A DNA stretch of 64,000 bases, from contig OX597814.1 in the NCBI GenBank assembly GCA_951406725.2, forward strand, positions 180,172,001 through 180,236,000, in the 5' to 3' direction. Source of the DNA: Octopus vulgaris. Lineage: Eukaryota. Shown piece after piece: positions 38,471 to 52,490 of this stretch. Position numbers and translations under genes: made by a program. Position 1 is the first letter of the stretch; each line of letters opens with the position of its first letter. The notes under the pieces are model-generated. The model saw only the letters and a list, made by a program, of their open reading frames with translations, was not told the origin of the DNA and did no database searches.

Positions 38471-39219
38471 TCTCATTTAAATTACTTCAAAGAAATGAAG
38501 ATACCTAAAAGAGAGGAGATTATTGAAGCATCAAATTGTTGTACCAGGCTCTGGAACCTCATTGAGATAGTCAAAGCACAATTGATCCAGGACAGAGTTG
38601 AATAAATCTAAAGCAGTTCAACTACATGCCCAGAAGTACAACAGATGCATCTTCCAAGTAAGACAACTGGAGGAGAAATACTCAGCTAAGAGTAAATCAT
38701 TATATCTGGCATTTGTTGACTTGAAGAAGGCCTTTACTTAGGTTCCATGCTCTGTATTCTGGTGGTTACTAAAGAAACTAGATGTAGTTAAAGACTTGTG
38801 AGAGCTGTACAATTTATGTACAAAGGTGCAGAAAGTAAAATGAAACTCAACGATGATTTCAAAAATGAATTTAACATGAAGACAGAGTTCCATCAAGTCC
38901 TCAGTCCCCTTCAATTCATTATAGTTTTACAAGACATCACAGAGAATTTTATGACTTATGATTCATGGGAACTCTTATATGGTGATGAGCAAGTTCATAT
39001 AGTTGAATCTGTGGTGAAATCTGAGAAGACATTCACAATAGAAGCAAAACGAACACTTGAGGCTTCAAAGTAAATGTTTACCTTTAGCAAAGACCAAGGT
39101 GTTTGTAAGAAAAATAGAACTCTGGTTCCATCAGGGAACTGGTCTTACTCAATATGCAGTAAAGTTGTTGAAGATGTAAAATATGAAAGCATATTTAAGG
39201 TTCATAATATATCTATATA

Positions 39220-39731
39220 CCGTAAATCCTCGAGTATAGTCCACCCTTGAGTATAATATGCGGGGGATTTTTAGGGGGCTGTACCTCTGAAAAACCTAAA
39301 CCTTGTGTATAATATGCACCCCTTCTCTAACTTGAGTCAAGGAGGTCTATATAACGTCCTTGGTTTGTAAAAATGTATATGGTAACGTCCTTTATTATTA
39401 TTGTATATATAACATAATGCAAACGTGTGGCTTTTTTTGTGCATTTTGTTTGCAGAAAATATAGAAATAACAGTAATAACGTTTAATAAATGTTGCTTAT
39501 TGCAAGTTATGGATGATTCTTTTATGACTTTATTGCTTTCAGGCTTAGCTTAAGGTATTTTCGCACCCGACATTACAAAATGCGTCTAAATAAACATTGC
39601 TGGACAGCAAATCGAGACTTGGACATTGCTTAGAAAATATTTTTCATTTTTAATCTCATGTATAGTACGCACTAGGGATTTTGACCTTTAAATTTGGGAA
39701 AAAAATGTAGATTATACTTGAGGATTTACGG
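39220..39731 (+). mobile_element. CCGTA-TIR MITE, copy 2
   Basis: Same TIRs and TA TSD; body homologous to copy 1. Confidence 0.85.
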
Positions 39732-40489
39732 TATGATTCAAATATATTGAAAAATATATGGTTCAAATATATTGAACCAGCCTGTTTTCTCATATGGTTT
39801 TGCATATGGTTCTGATAAGATGAAATGATATTAATGTTAGTACCAGGTCAGTTATGATAAACCAGATCTATAATCAAAAGTGCTCTAGCTATATCATTAC
39901 TGTTTTGTTTTGTTCTTTGTTTCATTTATTTATTTGTATATTTTTGTTAAGCAAACTACACTGTCCAATATGTTCTTTCTTTTCAAAGCATTAGGATATT
40001 ATTTTATAATGATTTGCTTATTTCAAATACTCACAGCGGCTTACTTGAATCATAAGTGGATCAGTTATTCACTCTCATCAGTCTACCCTTCTTTGCAGAA
40101 TCCATAAATACATTTTCTTTCTTTTATCGTTTATTGTATTGTACTTACTATATCTAGAATATTTTCGAAACAAAAAAATTTGTCCTTCTCAATTTATTAC
40201 ATTAGCCAACAAATTACAACACTGCAGTGTGTCTGTCATGTCAACAGTTTGTTTTAAATGTTTTATTTTTACTACTTACCTTTACCAATAGATTTATTTA
40301 TTTAATTACTTTTGTCTTTTGTATTTATCAGTTGTATATATACAATGCCAACATTTATTTTATGTATTGGGAATCCATTATTGTAACCTATAATTCCTTA
40401 ATGCAATATATTTGTAACAATCAAATACAAAGCCTCACTAATCTAATTTCTTTCTAAAGTATTTCTATACTTCTGTTTCTATTTCACAG

Positions 40490-40900
40490 ATTATGTTTGA
40501 TTTCTTTGCACCAATACTTTGTTTGAAGGACATGGTGAAAAAGAGCAGATCGCAATATTTGATTGCAGAAGAGAACAGCTTCCAGCTCAGCATCAATAAT
40601 TATTGTTCACTACCAAAAATACAGAACCAAGGAGAAGTTGACAAAGAACACCTCTGTGAAGATGACTTACCAGAAAGTCATCCGAGATCAGATTACCAAC
40701 AAATAGAAGCTGATATTGCTAATATCAGAAGAATTGCCAGTGACTATACAAAGAAACTCAATGAAGCAGAATCAGAGAAAAAAGTATTAGATGAGTGGAA
40801 ACGGTTAGCAATGGTGCTCAATTGTTTGTTTTTTGTTTGTTATTTGTTCCTTTTTGGTGGTTCGCTCATTGCTTATTTTCTGTTGGCTTACATCAAATAA
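40490..40900 (+). CDS. nAChR-like subunit terminal exon: MX, intracellular loop, MA helix, M4, stop
   Basis: Acceptor ttctatttcacAG, phase 0. Encodes IMFDFFAPILCLKD...EWKRLAMVLNCLFFVCYLFLFGGSLIAYFLLAYIK*, with the EWK..A.V pre-M4 motif. ORF 40493..40900; AATAAA overlaps the stop at 40896-40901. Confidence 0.9.
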   Translation: MMFDFFAPILCLKDMVKKSRSQYLIAEENSFQLSINNYCSLPKIQNQGEVDKEHLCEDDLPESHPRSDYQQIEADIANIRRIASDYTKKLNEAESEKKVLDEWKRLAMVLNCLFFVCYLFLFGGSLIAYFLLAYIK

Positions 40901-41153
40901 ATACAGAAAAAAAAATATGTATACATTTGCCAAGAATTTTCATCTAAAATCACGTTTCATATAATGTCAAGTGTGGAGACAATTATTGATGGATATTAGT
41001 CATCCTACCTGCCATTTATTAAACCTTTGCACTATTGTTTATTTAAAACTTTATTTCTTTGCACAGTTAACAGTATCAATGTCTTTTATAATTTTTATTT
41101 ATATACATACATGCTTACTTACATACATAATTGTATATAAGTATATATATATA

Positions 41154-41664
41154 CCGTAAGTTCTCGAGTATAATCCGCATTATTTTCTCAAAATTTAAAG
41201 GTCAAAATCCCTAGTGCGTATTATACACGAGTTTAAAAATGAAAATTATTTTCTAAGTAATGTTCGAGTCTCTATTTGCTGTCTGGCAATGTTTATTCAG
41301 ATGCATTTTGTGATGTCAGGCACGAAAATACCTTAAGCTAAGCCTGAAAGCAATGAAGCCATAAAAGAATCATCCATAATTTGCAGTAAGCAACATTTAT
41401 TAAATGTTATTACTGTTATTTCTATATTTTCTGCAAACAAAACACACAAAAAAGCTACACGTTTGCACTATGTTATATATACAATAATAATAAAGTATGT
41501 TACCATATACATTTTTACAAACCAAGGACGTTATATAGACCTTCTTGACTCAAGTTAGAGAATGTGTGCGTATTATACACAAGGTTTAGATTTTTCAGAA
41601 GTACAGCCCACCTAAAAATCCCCTGCGTATTATACTCAATGGCGGACTATACTCAAGGATTTAC

Positions 41665-41666
<2 letters not shown>
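41154..41666 (-). mobile_element. CCGTA-TIR MITE, copy 3 (inverted relative to copy 2)
   Basis: Reverse complement of copy 2 over its full length; TA flanks. Confidence 0.85.
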
Positions 41667-41735
<69 letters not shown>

Positions 41736-41914
41736 ATCTATGAATTCATAAATCAGAAATCAATATGCACTCATATATTTGTCAATAGAGTGGATATATT
41801 AATCAAATTATCTCTGGAGAGCACATGGTGTTATCTAAATGTGCTCTTATCTAATATTCAGTTATCTAATACTCTGTGCAAAACTGTTGGGTAAGATCAG
41901 TTGAAATGTATCCA

Positions 41915-42840
41915 TTGGGTCATCCCATAAGTAATGTGTTTTTTTAAATATTTCTTTTATATTTCAAAATTAAGATGAACAAAATTCTTTTTTAATCTAA
42001 TATATACTCTCCTTCATTTTTACAATGCTCTTCCATCTATCCAGTAGAATTGCAAGGCCCCTCTTCCAAAATTCACTTGTCCATGACAAAAAATACTCCT
42101 CCAATACTGTTCTGACCTCATCTACAAAATTCATATTTTTTCCATCCAAATGATTTTGAAGACTGTGGAATAGGTGATAGTCAGATGGGGCAATGTCTGG
42201 CAAATATGTTGAGTGAGGCATTATTTCCCATTCAAACTGCTCCAGTCTTTGGAATGTCATCCTTGCTCTATGTGGACCAGCATTATCCTGATGGAAGAAC
42301 ATCATTCATTTTGAAACCAAAGATGGTTGTTTTTCTTCTAGCACTGATTTGAATGACTGGTTGAATGACCAAATCCAAACCTCTCTGTTAGTTCCTCAAT
42401 GGTTATGAATGGAATTTTGTTCCACCAGGGTTTGCAGGACCTCTTCGTTGAGCTCAACAAGATCTTTCAGGATGAGGTTTGTCTTCTAATCTGGAGTTTC
42501 TGGCTCAGGATTTCTGGAACCACTGTTGACACTGCTTTACACTTATTGTCTGATCTCCATATACTGCATTAATATTCCTTGCACTTTCCATTGTGTTGTT
42601 GACTTTACTGAACTCATAAAGCAAAATATGCTGAATATGCTCCTTTGTCACTTCCATTATAGCTTTGAAAAAATAAATGTTAAGCCAAACTGCACTCTTC
42701 AAAACTTGCACTAAGAATAATGACAAAGTAAAATTACTACCTGCTTTTATAGCAAGTTGATGCAGGTAGTTTATCCTGTCCCCCTCTGACTTTTATTTCA
42801 TGCAATTGAAAAAAAACGTATTATTTATGGAATGACCCAA
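41915..42840 (-). mobile_element. Degenerate mariner element (second family)
   Basis: TIRs TTGGGTCATCCCATAAGTAAT / ATTATTTATGGAATGACCCAA. Minus-strand ORFs MEVTKEHIQHILLYEF... (HTH) and FHQDNAGPH...HSTYLPDIAPSDYHLF. Confidence 0.9.
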
Positions 42841-43912
42841 TATAATATTGTACACTTTGCTTCATGTGTGTGTGTGAGTAAAACATTTAGTATATAAATG
42901 AGGTTAATTACTGGTGGCCTTCCTACATCTGCTATACTGGAAATTTATCCATTAATATTTTTCTTGTCCCCTTTTACTGTGTCTTACCCCCATCAAAACA
43001 CTCCACCAAATGTTTACTCTCAGACCTATTTAGTTCCAGTTTGAATTTGCTTTACAGGCTTCAACAAACAAAACTTCAATAACATAACCTCAACTAAACT
43101 GGGAGTGCCTATGAAAATCATACTCACTGGCTCTCCTTCATCATCATCATCATCGTTTAATGTCCGTTTTCCATGCTAACATGGGTTGGACGGTTCGACC
43201 AGGGTCTGGGAAGCCAGGAGGCTGCACCAGGCTCCAGTCTGATCTGGTAGTATTTCTACAGCTCTTCCTAACGCCAATCACTCCATGAGTGTAGTGGATG
43301 CTTTTTACGTGCCACTGGCACAGGTGCCAGGGGAGGCTGGCAACAGCCACGATTGGTCGATGCTTTTTACATGCCACCAGCACGGAAGCCAGTCAAGGTG
43401 GCACTGGCATCGGCCATGTTAGGATGGTGCTTTTTACATACAACTGGCACAGGTATCACAACTACAATTTCCATTTGATTTTTTGATTTCATGGGTTAAA
43501 ATGTCTTGCTTATCATATAAATTGGATACAGACAATATGAGTGACATTGAGATTAAACATTTGAGATATCAATGATTGATACAAAAGTATAAGGAGAAAA
43601 AATAAGAATTCAAGATATACATACATGCATACTCAAAATTGCTGGTGTTACATCAGAATTTTCCTTCCCCTAGAAAGATATCCAAACAAAGAGTAGGCAC
43701 TTCTCACTCCCAACAATTGGATGGGCATTAACTCTACTGAGTTCATCTGCTCTTTGACATTTTTTTGTTTCTCATCCTGCAGGGTGCCCAATGAAAGTCA
43801 ACACTCCTAACCAAGCAGGCTTGGTAGAATTGCTTGTTTAATTACCAATGGCCTGACTATGCCACAGGATAATAGCTTACATGTCACCAGTAGCATTAAG
43901 AGTGAACTAGCA

Positions 43913-43944
<32 letters not shown>

Positions 43945-43945
<1 letters not shown>

Positions 43946-44295
43946 TGGGATATGTAACACACAGCCTAAATACCAATCTTGAGAAATTAGGTTCCTCAAA
44001 ACCAGAAAGGAGAAAAGTAATTCAAAGACTACAGATCCAAGCCATCTCTGGAACTGTAAAAATCTGTGAAACTTTCCAGAAGTTTAGCATTTAAGTATAT
44101 GAGCATGTCTAGACATGCAGTTATATGCATGAGAAAAAAAAAAACATAAAACAAAATAAATACATAAAACAAAACATAAAAATCTAACATATACACACAC
44201 ACATATATATAAAAATACCCTGTTGATGTTGTTGAAATTCCAATCAAGAAGCCTTGGATCTAGGTTAGAAACCAGCTCTCTCTCTATTTGCATAT
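43945..44295 (+). mobile_element. 3' end of an RLE-type LINE (C-terminus plus UTR); UTR also at 25640-25750 on - strand
   Basis: LQIQAISGTVKICETFQKF followed by a UTR whose end (aaataccctgttg..gaaattccaat..cttggatc..tagaaacc) recurs inverted at ~25680-25745. Confidence 0.55.
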
Positions 44296-44297
44296 GG

Positions 44298-44775
<478 letters not shown>

Positions 44776-46613
44776 TATATATTTACTAGCAGTTAAATAT
44801 ATACCAAGTCATAGAGTGACCAATGCTTTCACTACTATAAAGTGCTAGGTCTTATAGACAGCTTGTCAGACTCAATGATGGATGCATATATATAAAACAT
44901 ACATAAAACTTAACCATATATAGTTATTTTTAAAACTTAATATATATATGTATGTATAAATATTTACATATATGTGTCTGTGTGTATGTCTGTGTGTGTG
45001 TTCAATTTTATATTATATCTTTTTTATTATATCTTTGATATTTTTGATAAAACATAAAATATTACCAAAAACTACATTTCATGTTTGGTACTTATTATAT
45101 CTTACACATTCTCGGTTTTCCGTAATTCAGTAATTCCAGCACCAGCACACTCGGCTGGTATCTAGTACCAAATTATAAAATTACTCACTCATGTCATCAC
45201 ACAATCAATCGACATTGATTACACTATACATACTCTAATTACTTCACATTTGCCTCTCATTAATATTTTACATATTCAATTCCCATAACATAGTGTCATA
45301 ACCATATGGTTAAGAAATTCACTGTGCAACCATATAGTTCCAAGGTCAATCTCACTGTGTAACACATTAGGGATAATTTCTACTATAGCCTCAGATTTTG
45401 GAGAAATGTTTTCATAAAATGCTTGATGCATTCTTGGTATCAGAGAATGACAGAAGGCAAGAAGCTGAGGCGGCGAGCTGGAAGAAACGTTAGCTCGCTG
45501 GGCGAAATGCTTAGCAGTATTTCATCTGCCGTTACATTCTGAGTTCAAATTCCGCTGAGGTCGACTTTGCCTTTCATCCTTTCGGGGTCGATAAAATAAG
45601 TACCAGTTACGCACTGGAGTCGATATAATCGACTTGATCCGTTTGTCTGTCCTTGTCTGTCCCCTCTGTGTTTAGCCCCTTGTGGGTAGTGAAGAAATAG
45701 GTATTTCATCTGCCGTTACGTTCTGAGTTCAAATTCCGCCGCGGTCGACTTTGCCTCTCATCCTTTCGGGGTCAATAAATTAAATACCAGTTATGCACTG
45801 GGGTCAATGTAATCGACCTAATCCCTTTGTCTGTCCTTGTTTGCTCTCTCTAATGTTTAACCCTTTGTGGGCTCCAATCTGATCTGGCAAAGTTTCCACA
45901 GCTGGATGCCCTTCACTAATGCCAACCACTCTGAGAGTGTAGTCGGTGCTTTTACATGCCACCAGTACGAGGGCCAGTCAGGTGGTTCTGGCAACGACCA
46001 CGCTCAAAAGGTGTTTTTTATATGCTTCCTGCATGGGAGCCAGTCCAGCAGCACTGGCAAGGACCACGCTTGAGTGTTGTTTTTTCACATGCCACCAGCA
46101 CATATGCCAGTAAGGCAATGTTGGCAACAATCACGCTCAAATGGTCCTTTTTATGTGCAACTGGCATGGGAGCCAACAAGCAGCTCTGGCAACAATCACG
46201 CTCAGATGGTGCTTTTAACATTCCACAGGCCCAAGTGCCAATCAGGCAGCACTGTCATCGACCAGGCACTAGTGTTCCATAGTTTCCTAGTAAATTATTC
46301 TCAATTATGCAAAACCCTTAATTTTGTGCTGTGTGTGTGTGTAGGTCAGTGACTTAGTATTAGGGTGTCAGACTATGGCCATGAAATTGTGGTTTTGATA
46401 CTTCAACTGAGTGACACATTGTGTTCTTGAGCAAAACACTTCATTTAACATTGCACCTGTCCACTTAGCTGGTAAAACTGTGTATTCTTGTGATGAACCA
46501 GTGTTCTATCCAGGAGGGAATATATACACCAGAGAAACCTGGAAACTGGCACTGGCTCTATGAGTCTATATGACTCAGGAAATAACTTCATCCTTCATAT
46601 ATATATATGTATA

Positions 46614-46830
46614 AAAATAAGCAACAAGGATATCCAGAGGTAATGCAGTACAATCGTTTCTGCATTACCTCTGCAGTAATGCAGTATGATTGTTACTGCA
46701 TTACCTCTGGATATCCTTGTTGCTTATTTTGTTTGTAATCACCCCATTTTGAATTATATGGATAATACCATACCAAATTCTGGTGCCTTTAACTTAAGTA
46801 CCATATTCAACTGAATCTAAATTTTACTGA
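46614..46830. repeat. Short fold-back element (37-bp perfect arms), probable truncated Penelope-like end
   Basis: aaaataagcaacaaggatatccagaggtaatgcagta (46614-46650) and its reverse complement (46694-46730), with an internal rearranged copy and an adjacent (TA)n. Confidence 0.5.
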
Positions 46831-47189
46831 TCTTATGTATGTATGTATGTATGTATGTATGTATGTATGTATGTATGTATGTATGTATGTATGTATGCAT
46901 GCATGCATGCATGCATGTATGTATGTATGTATGTATGTATATATGTATGTATGTAGGCACATATGTATATATGTGTGAGTAGTAATTTATGCTTAAAAAG
47001 TATTGTAATCATTTTTTGCAACGTTGCTTGCCCTTTTTGAATAGAAAATGTTGAAGGCTGCCTGAACCCACGTTCTATTTCATGTTGTTCCAGTTCACTC
47101 AGTTGGTAAAAATGAGTTGTACCTGTATTTCAAAAGGGCCAGCCCTGTCACATTCTGTGTTACACTGAATCTCCTTTAGAACTACTTAA

Positions 47190-47411
47190 ACCTTTTCTTT
47201 ACTGTATTTATTTTGAGATGCTCTGTGTTTCTTTCAATTATTTTTGAATATAACAAAAAATTTAATAAAATAACTTAGTTATCATTAAGCTAGTGTTAGG
47301 AACATAAATTGTGACTAACGTTTGGTGGAAGATTTTAATTCAAAACTTATGAGAACAAGACATTTGTACTGAGAACCCAAGCCAGTTTCAACTGGGTTGG
47401 TATCAAAAGGG
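47190..47411. mobile_element. piggyBac-like MITE nested in a SINE
   Basis: TTAA-ACCTTT...AAAAGGG-TTAA interrupts an otherwise colinear SINE. Confidence 0.55.
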
Positions 47412-50400
47412 TTAAGGGTACTCATGTCTGTGGAGTGCTCAGCCATTTGCACATTAATTTCACAAGCAGGCTATTCTATTGATGATATCAATTGGAATAC
47501 TCATCGTTGTAACCAACTGAGTAACAGTATGTTATGTATCACAGCCGATATATCTTGGGCTCTACATATATTGTACATGTATACAATATTTTAATATGTT
47601 TTATGCTTTAATATGTTTTATATAGGCATAGGAGTGGCTGTGTGGTAAGTAACTTGCTTATGAACCACATGGTTCCGGGTTCAGTCCCACTGCGTGGCAC
47701 CTTGGGCAAGTATCTTCTACTATAGCCTCGGCCTGACCAAAGCCTTGCGAGTGGATTTGGTAGATGGAAACTGAAAGAAGCCTATCTTATATATGTATAT
47801 ATATACATGAGTGTGTGTGTGTGTGTGTGTATGTTTGTGTGTCTGTGTTTGTCCCCCCAATATCGCTTGACAACCAATGCTGGTGTGTTTACGTCCCCGT
47901 AACTTAGCGGTTTGGCAAAAGAGACTGATAGAATAAGTACTAGGCTTAGAAAGAATAAGTCCTGGGGTCAAATTGCTCGACTAAAGGTGGTGCTCCAGCA
48001 TGGCCACAATCAAATGACTGAAACAAGTAAAAGAGTACCCAATATTCTACATAAACTGCATGTTACATGCATTCCATAAATTACATGTATTCTACACATT
48101 ATAATTACATTATACACTACATATAAAATATATGAACAAAACATTATTTACTTTATTTACATATGTAATCCATACATAATATGTACCCTCTGCAACACTT
48201 GCCGCCTGTACTCCCTTAAATACTGCACGCAACATGTATATTGTAAACTTATACGCCCTATATGCCATACTTGTAGACTATAATCTTAAAATAACCTAAT
48301 AATCCTAAACTAATATATACTCTAATTATAGCTTATACTATACTAATATTCTATAATTTAGTATGTCTACTATGCCCATGATGTTTGAGACAGAAATATA
48401 CTAAGTTTTACATACAGCCAATAGTTTATAGACACTCTGAATCATATATGTACCGTTTACATTTATCGCAGATGTTTTATTGTGTATACAAACTGTATGA
48501 TAAATGACTACGATAATGAATTAAAGTTATGTTATTCATAAACATTATAAAATATTTTTCTACTTCTTAAGTAGTAACGTAATACTGTTAACATGGTTTG
48601 ACTGTGTGTGTGTGTGTCAAAACAGGAAATTGGAAAAATTTTGGGTATTATTTATTTGCCATTACAAGCATTTCATTTGCTAATATGAGCTATAAAACTG
48701 TACAAGATGGAAAAATGTGTAAGATATCTCCTATTATAAATTATTCAGTCAGAGAAATACACACTTAAACCATTTACTTACAATTTTGGAGTACTGGAAT
48801 ATGCAGATGTACATCATGAGGACCCACCCTGGATTATAACCCTATAGGAGCACTCCATCGTTTACGACGATTAGGGTCCCAGCTGATATGATCAACGGAA
48901 CAGCCTGCTCGTGAAATTAACCTGCAAATGACTGAGCAATCCACAGACATGCGTACTCCTAATGTTGTTCTCAGGGAGTTTCAGCGTGACGCAGAGTGTG
49001 ACAAGGTCGGCCCTTTGAAATACTGGTACAACTCATTTTTGCCAGCTGAATGGACTAGAGCAACGTGAAATAAAGTGTCTTACTCAAGGACACACACGTC
49101 ACTGGGAATCGAACTCACAATCTTACGATCATGAGCCAAATGCTCTAACCACTAAGCCATGCTAACTACATACTATATACACAAATACACATACACACAC
49201 ACACACATACACACAAACACACACACACACACATACACAAGCATGCACTATAGTGACAAATAGGCAGAATGGGTGCTTAACACCACTTGATGGATAAATA
49301 TATACTTTCTTTGTGGATTAACAATGCTACCAATGGTTTCTGATGAAAAGAATTCACAATTTTCAAGTGTTTTGCTCAAGAATGTTGGTAATCCATTTCC
49401 ATCTTGGATAAGGCTTGAAAATTGTGAATTTCCCGGAATGAAACAATTGGTAACATTGTTATTCCACAAGTGAACATAGACCTTGTACCGAGCCAGTGTT
49501 TTCTACAGCTTGATGTTCTTCCTAACATCAGCTCCGACCTATTTCCAAGCAATCTATAATCTTTCAAGTCTCTCTCACTGTGAAAGCTTGTAAGTAGTTA
49601 ATGTCGTAGCCACTTGTTATTTGATAGGCTGTGTAATTATCATCTTGTTTGAAATTATTCAAAGAAAGTAGAGATAAACAATACTGTTTCTATCAGCTTT
49701 TTGTTTAGAATCACTGAACATGAAGATGAGCGACAATACAAACGCATTCATACAAACCCACAAACTTGCACACATAAACATCATCATCATCATCATCATC
49801 GTTTAACATCCACTTTCTATGCTAGCATGGGTCAGATGATTTTACTGAGGACTGGCAAACCAGATGGCTGCACCAGGCTCCAATCTAATCTGGCAGAGTT
49901 TCTACAGCTGGACGCCCTTCCTAACGCCAACCACTCCGAGAGTGTAGTGGGTGCTTTTACGTGCCACTGGCACGAGGGCCAGTTACGTGGTACTGGCAAT
50001 GGCCATGCTCAAATGGTGTTTTTTACATGCCACCTAGATAGGAGCCAGTCCAGCGGCACTGGCAACGACGATACTCGAATGTTTTTTCATGTGCTACCGG
50101 CACAAGTGCCTGTATGCATACATACTTACATACATGCACACAAACACTCTTTCCTCCCACACACACATAAATACATACACACACGCATGCATACATGCAT
50201 ACATACATGCATGCATACACGCATGCATACATGCATACATACACGCATGCATACATACACGCATACATACACGCATGCATACATGCATACATACACGCAT
50301 GCATACATACATACATACATACATACATACATACATACATACATACATACATACATACATACATACATAAAATTAAAAGAAGAGAATGCTTTGAGAATTT

Positions 50401-51003
50401 CATCAAGAAAAAAAGTAAGTCAGCATTTTCATTTTAAACTATGCAGCAACAAGTTTTGATTGCTTTAAGAAGATAATCCCATCATGCTGAAGCAAAATAG
50501 AAAATAAATTGAAATAAATCAAATGCTATCAATCTTACATAATATCAGTCCTGAAAGTTCATACGTTTTTCTTATAAAGATCCTATAGTGCTGTATTTCC
50601 TTTCCTTCTGGTTGTTGTCAGCTAAGAGATGACAGCAACCAGCTGTAGTGTTTGTTAGTCTTTTTCTGGTGGATGGTGGGTTATAATAATAGTAATAACA
50701 GTTTTTACTACTATCGTGATCCAGCAGCCAGCAAACAGAGCCCAATGACTGCTACTATATGAAATTTTATAAGGAAAAACATGTGAATTTCGAAAGCTGC
50801 TCTCACGGAAAATTTATATGATTATATTCATTTTCTTTTCTTTATCCTTATTGCATGAATAAATCATGTAAAATAATTGAAACTGGTAACATATTTTGAT
50901 AAGAATGTAAACATTTTCTTTCTATTGATGATTCTCAAAGTATTTTCTCCTTTTGATTTCAATATATATGTGTATATATATTGTTTTCAGTAAATATGCA
51001 TGT

Positions 51004-51066
<63 letters not shown>

Positions 51067-51074
51067 TATTATTA

Positions 51075-52490
51075 TCATCATCATCCTCATCATCGTTTAA
51101 TGTCCGTTTTCCATGCTGGCATGGGCTGAACAGTTTGACTGGAGTCTGGGAAGCCAGGAGGCTGCACCAGGCCCCAATCTGATTTGGCAGTGTTTCTACA
51201 GCTGGATGCTCTTCCTAATGCCAACCACTCTGAGAGTGTAGTGGGTGCTTTTATGTGCCACTGGCACAGGGGCCAGAGGAGCTGGCATCAACCATGATCG
51301 AATGGTGCTTTTTACGTGCCACTGGCATTGGGATCACAACTACAATTTCCATTTGATTTGATTTTGATATTGCTGTTGATGTTAATGTACTTGACTCAAT
51401 AAGTTTCCTCAAGCACAGTATGTCGCCCTACAATCCAAGGTACTTTTGAGTGGGCTGGTTATGCAACACTGGTGTAGGTTACAGCTGTGGACTCACTTTA
51501 TTTGCTGGGTCTTTTCAGTCACAGCATACTTCCAGAAGTCTTGGTCTTTTGTCATTGTCTCTGTGAGTCCCAACATTCGAAGGTCATGCTTCACCACCGC
51601 ATCCTATGTCTTCCTGGGTCTCCCTCTAGCCCAGATTCCTTCCACTGTTTGGGAGTGGCACCTCTTCACACAGCTCTCCTCGTCCCTCTGCAGTACATGA
51701 CTATACCAATGCAAACATCTCTCTTGCATGCCACATCCGATGCTTCTTATGTCTAACATTTCTCTCAGGGTGCTTACACTCCAGTGGATTATGCTAGCTT
51801 CATTTCTTTTGAGCTTATGCATATCTTCAACAGTCACGGCCCATGTTTCACTGCCATGAAGCATAGCAGTTTTCACACTTGCATCATACAATCTACCTTT
51901 CACTCTGAGCAAGATGCCCTTTGTCACTCATAGAGGTAGAAGTTTTCTGAACTTTTCCCAGGCTATTCTTATGCTAGTGGTAACACTCACTGAACATCCA
52001 CCCCCACTACAGACTTGGTCACCTAGGTAGCGGAAGCTATCAACTACTTCTAGTTTCTCCCCCTGGCATGTGATGGAGTTTGTTTTCTGAGCATCTATGG
52101 TGTTTTTTGCCCCTGTGCATCTGCTGCATGTGAAAGCTATCATCCAGGTTAATTTTCCTTTGATGTTGCTGCACCTTTTATGTGTCCATAGCTTACATGG
52201 AATGCATTGCATGGAGTTTCTACCTATGCCTTTTCTACAGATCGAGAAGGGCCACCTACGTGTTGTGTTCACCTTCCTACTTACTAGAACTTTAGTTTTT
52301 GCAACATTGACTCTAAGGCCTTTTGATTCTAAACCTTGCTTCCACACTTGAAGTTTCTTCTCTAATTCTGGCAGTTATTCTGCTATGAGGGCCAGGTCAT
52401 CAGCATAGAAGAGCTCACAGGAGCAGCATGTCTTGAATTCCTCTGTTATTGCCTGGAGGACTATAATGAATAAGAGGGGGCTGATACTCG
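51075..52490 (-). mobile_element. RTE-clade LINE 3' portion (RT C-terminus, 3'UTR, (GAT)n tail), degenerate
   Basis: Minus-strand peptides SPLLFIIVLQAITEEF..ELFYADDLALIAE, GLRVNVAKTKV, VVDSFRYLGDQV, MLHGSETWA, GRPRKT, broken by stops. Confidence 0.9.

Larger units (their letters stand above)
37320..39170 (+). mobile_element. Old RTE-clade LINE relic interrupted by younger inserts
   Basis: INDMKIEKASGLSE (~37335), YLAFVDLKKAF (~38702), VLSPLQFIIVLQDITE..WELLYGDE (ORF 38798..39073). Confidence 0.75.

Noticed and set aside
19267-40900. Calling the gene a chemotactile receptor or assigning a CHRNA symbol
   Set aside because: It is multi-exonic and too divergent; orthology needs a phylogeny.
45930-46270. 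CRISPR-like spaced repeats (gtgcttttt.catgccac..gcac) also at 43270-43460 and 49950-50110
   Set aside because: Degenerate tandem subrepeats in the RTE 3'UTR of a eukaryote; spacers are mutually similar and there are no cas genes.
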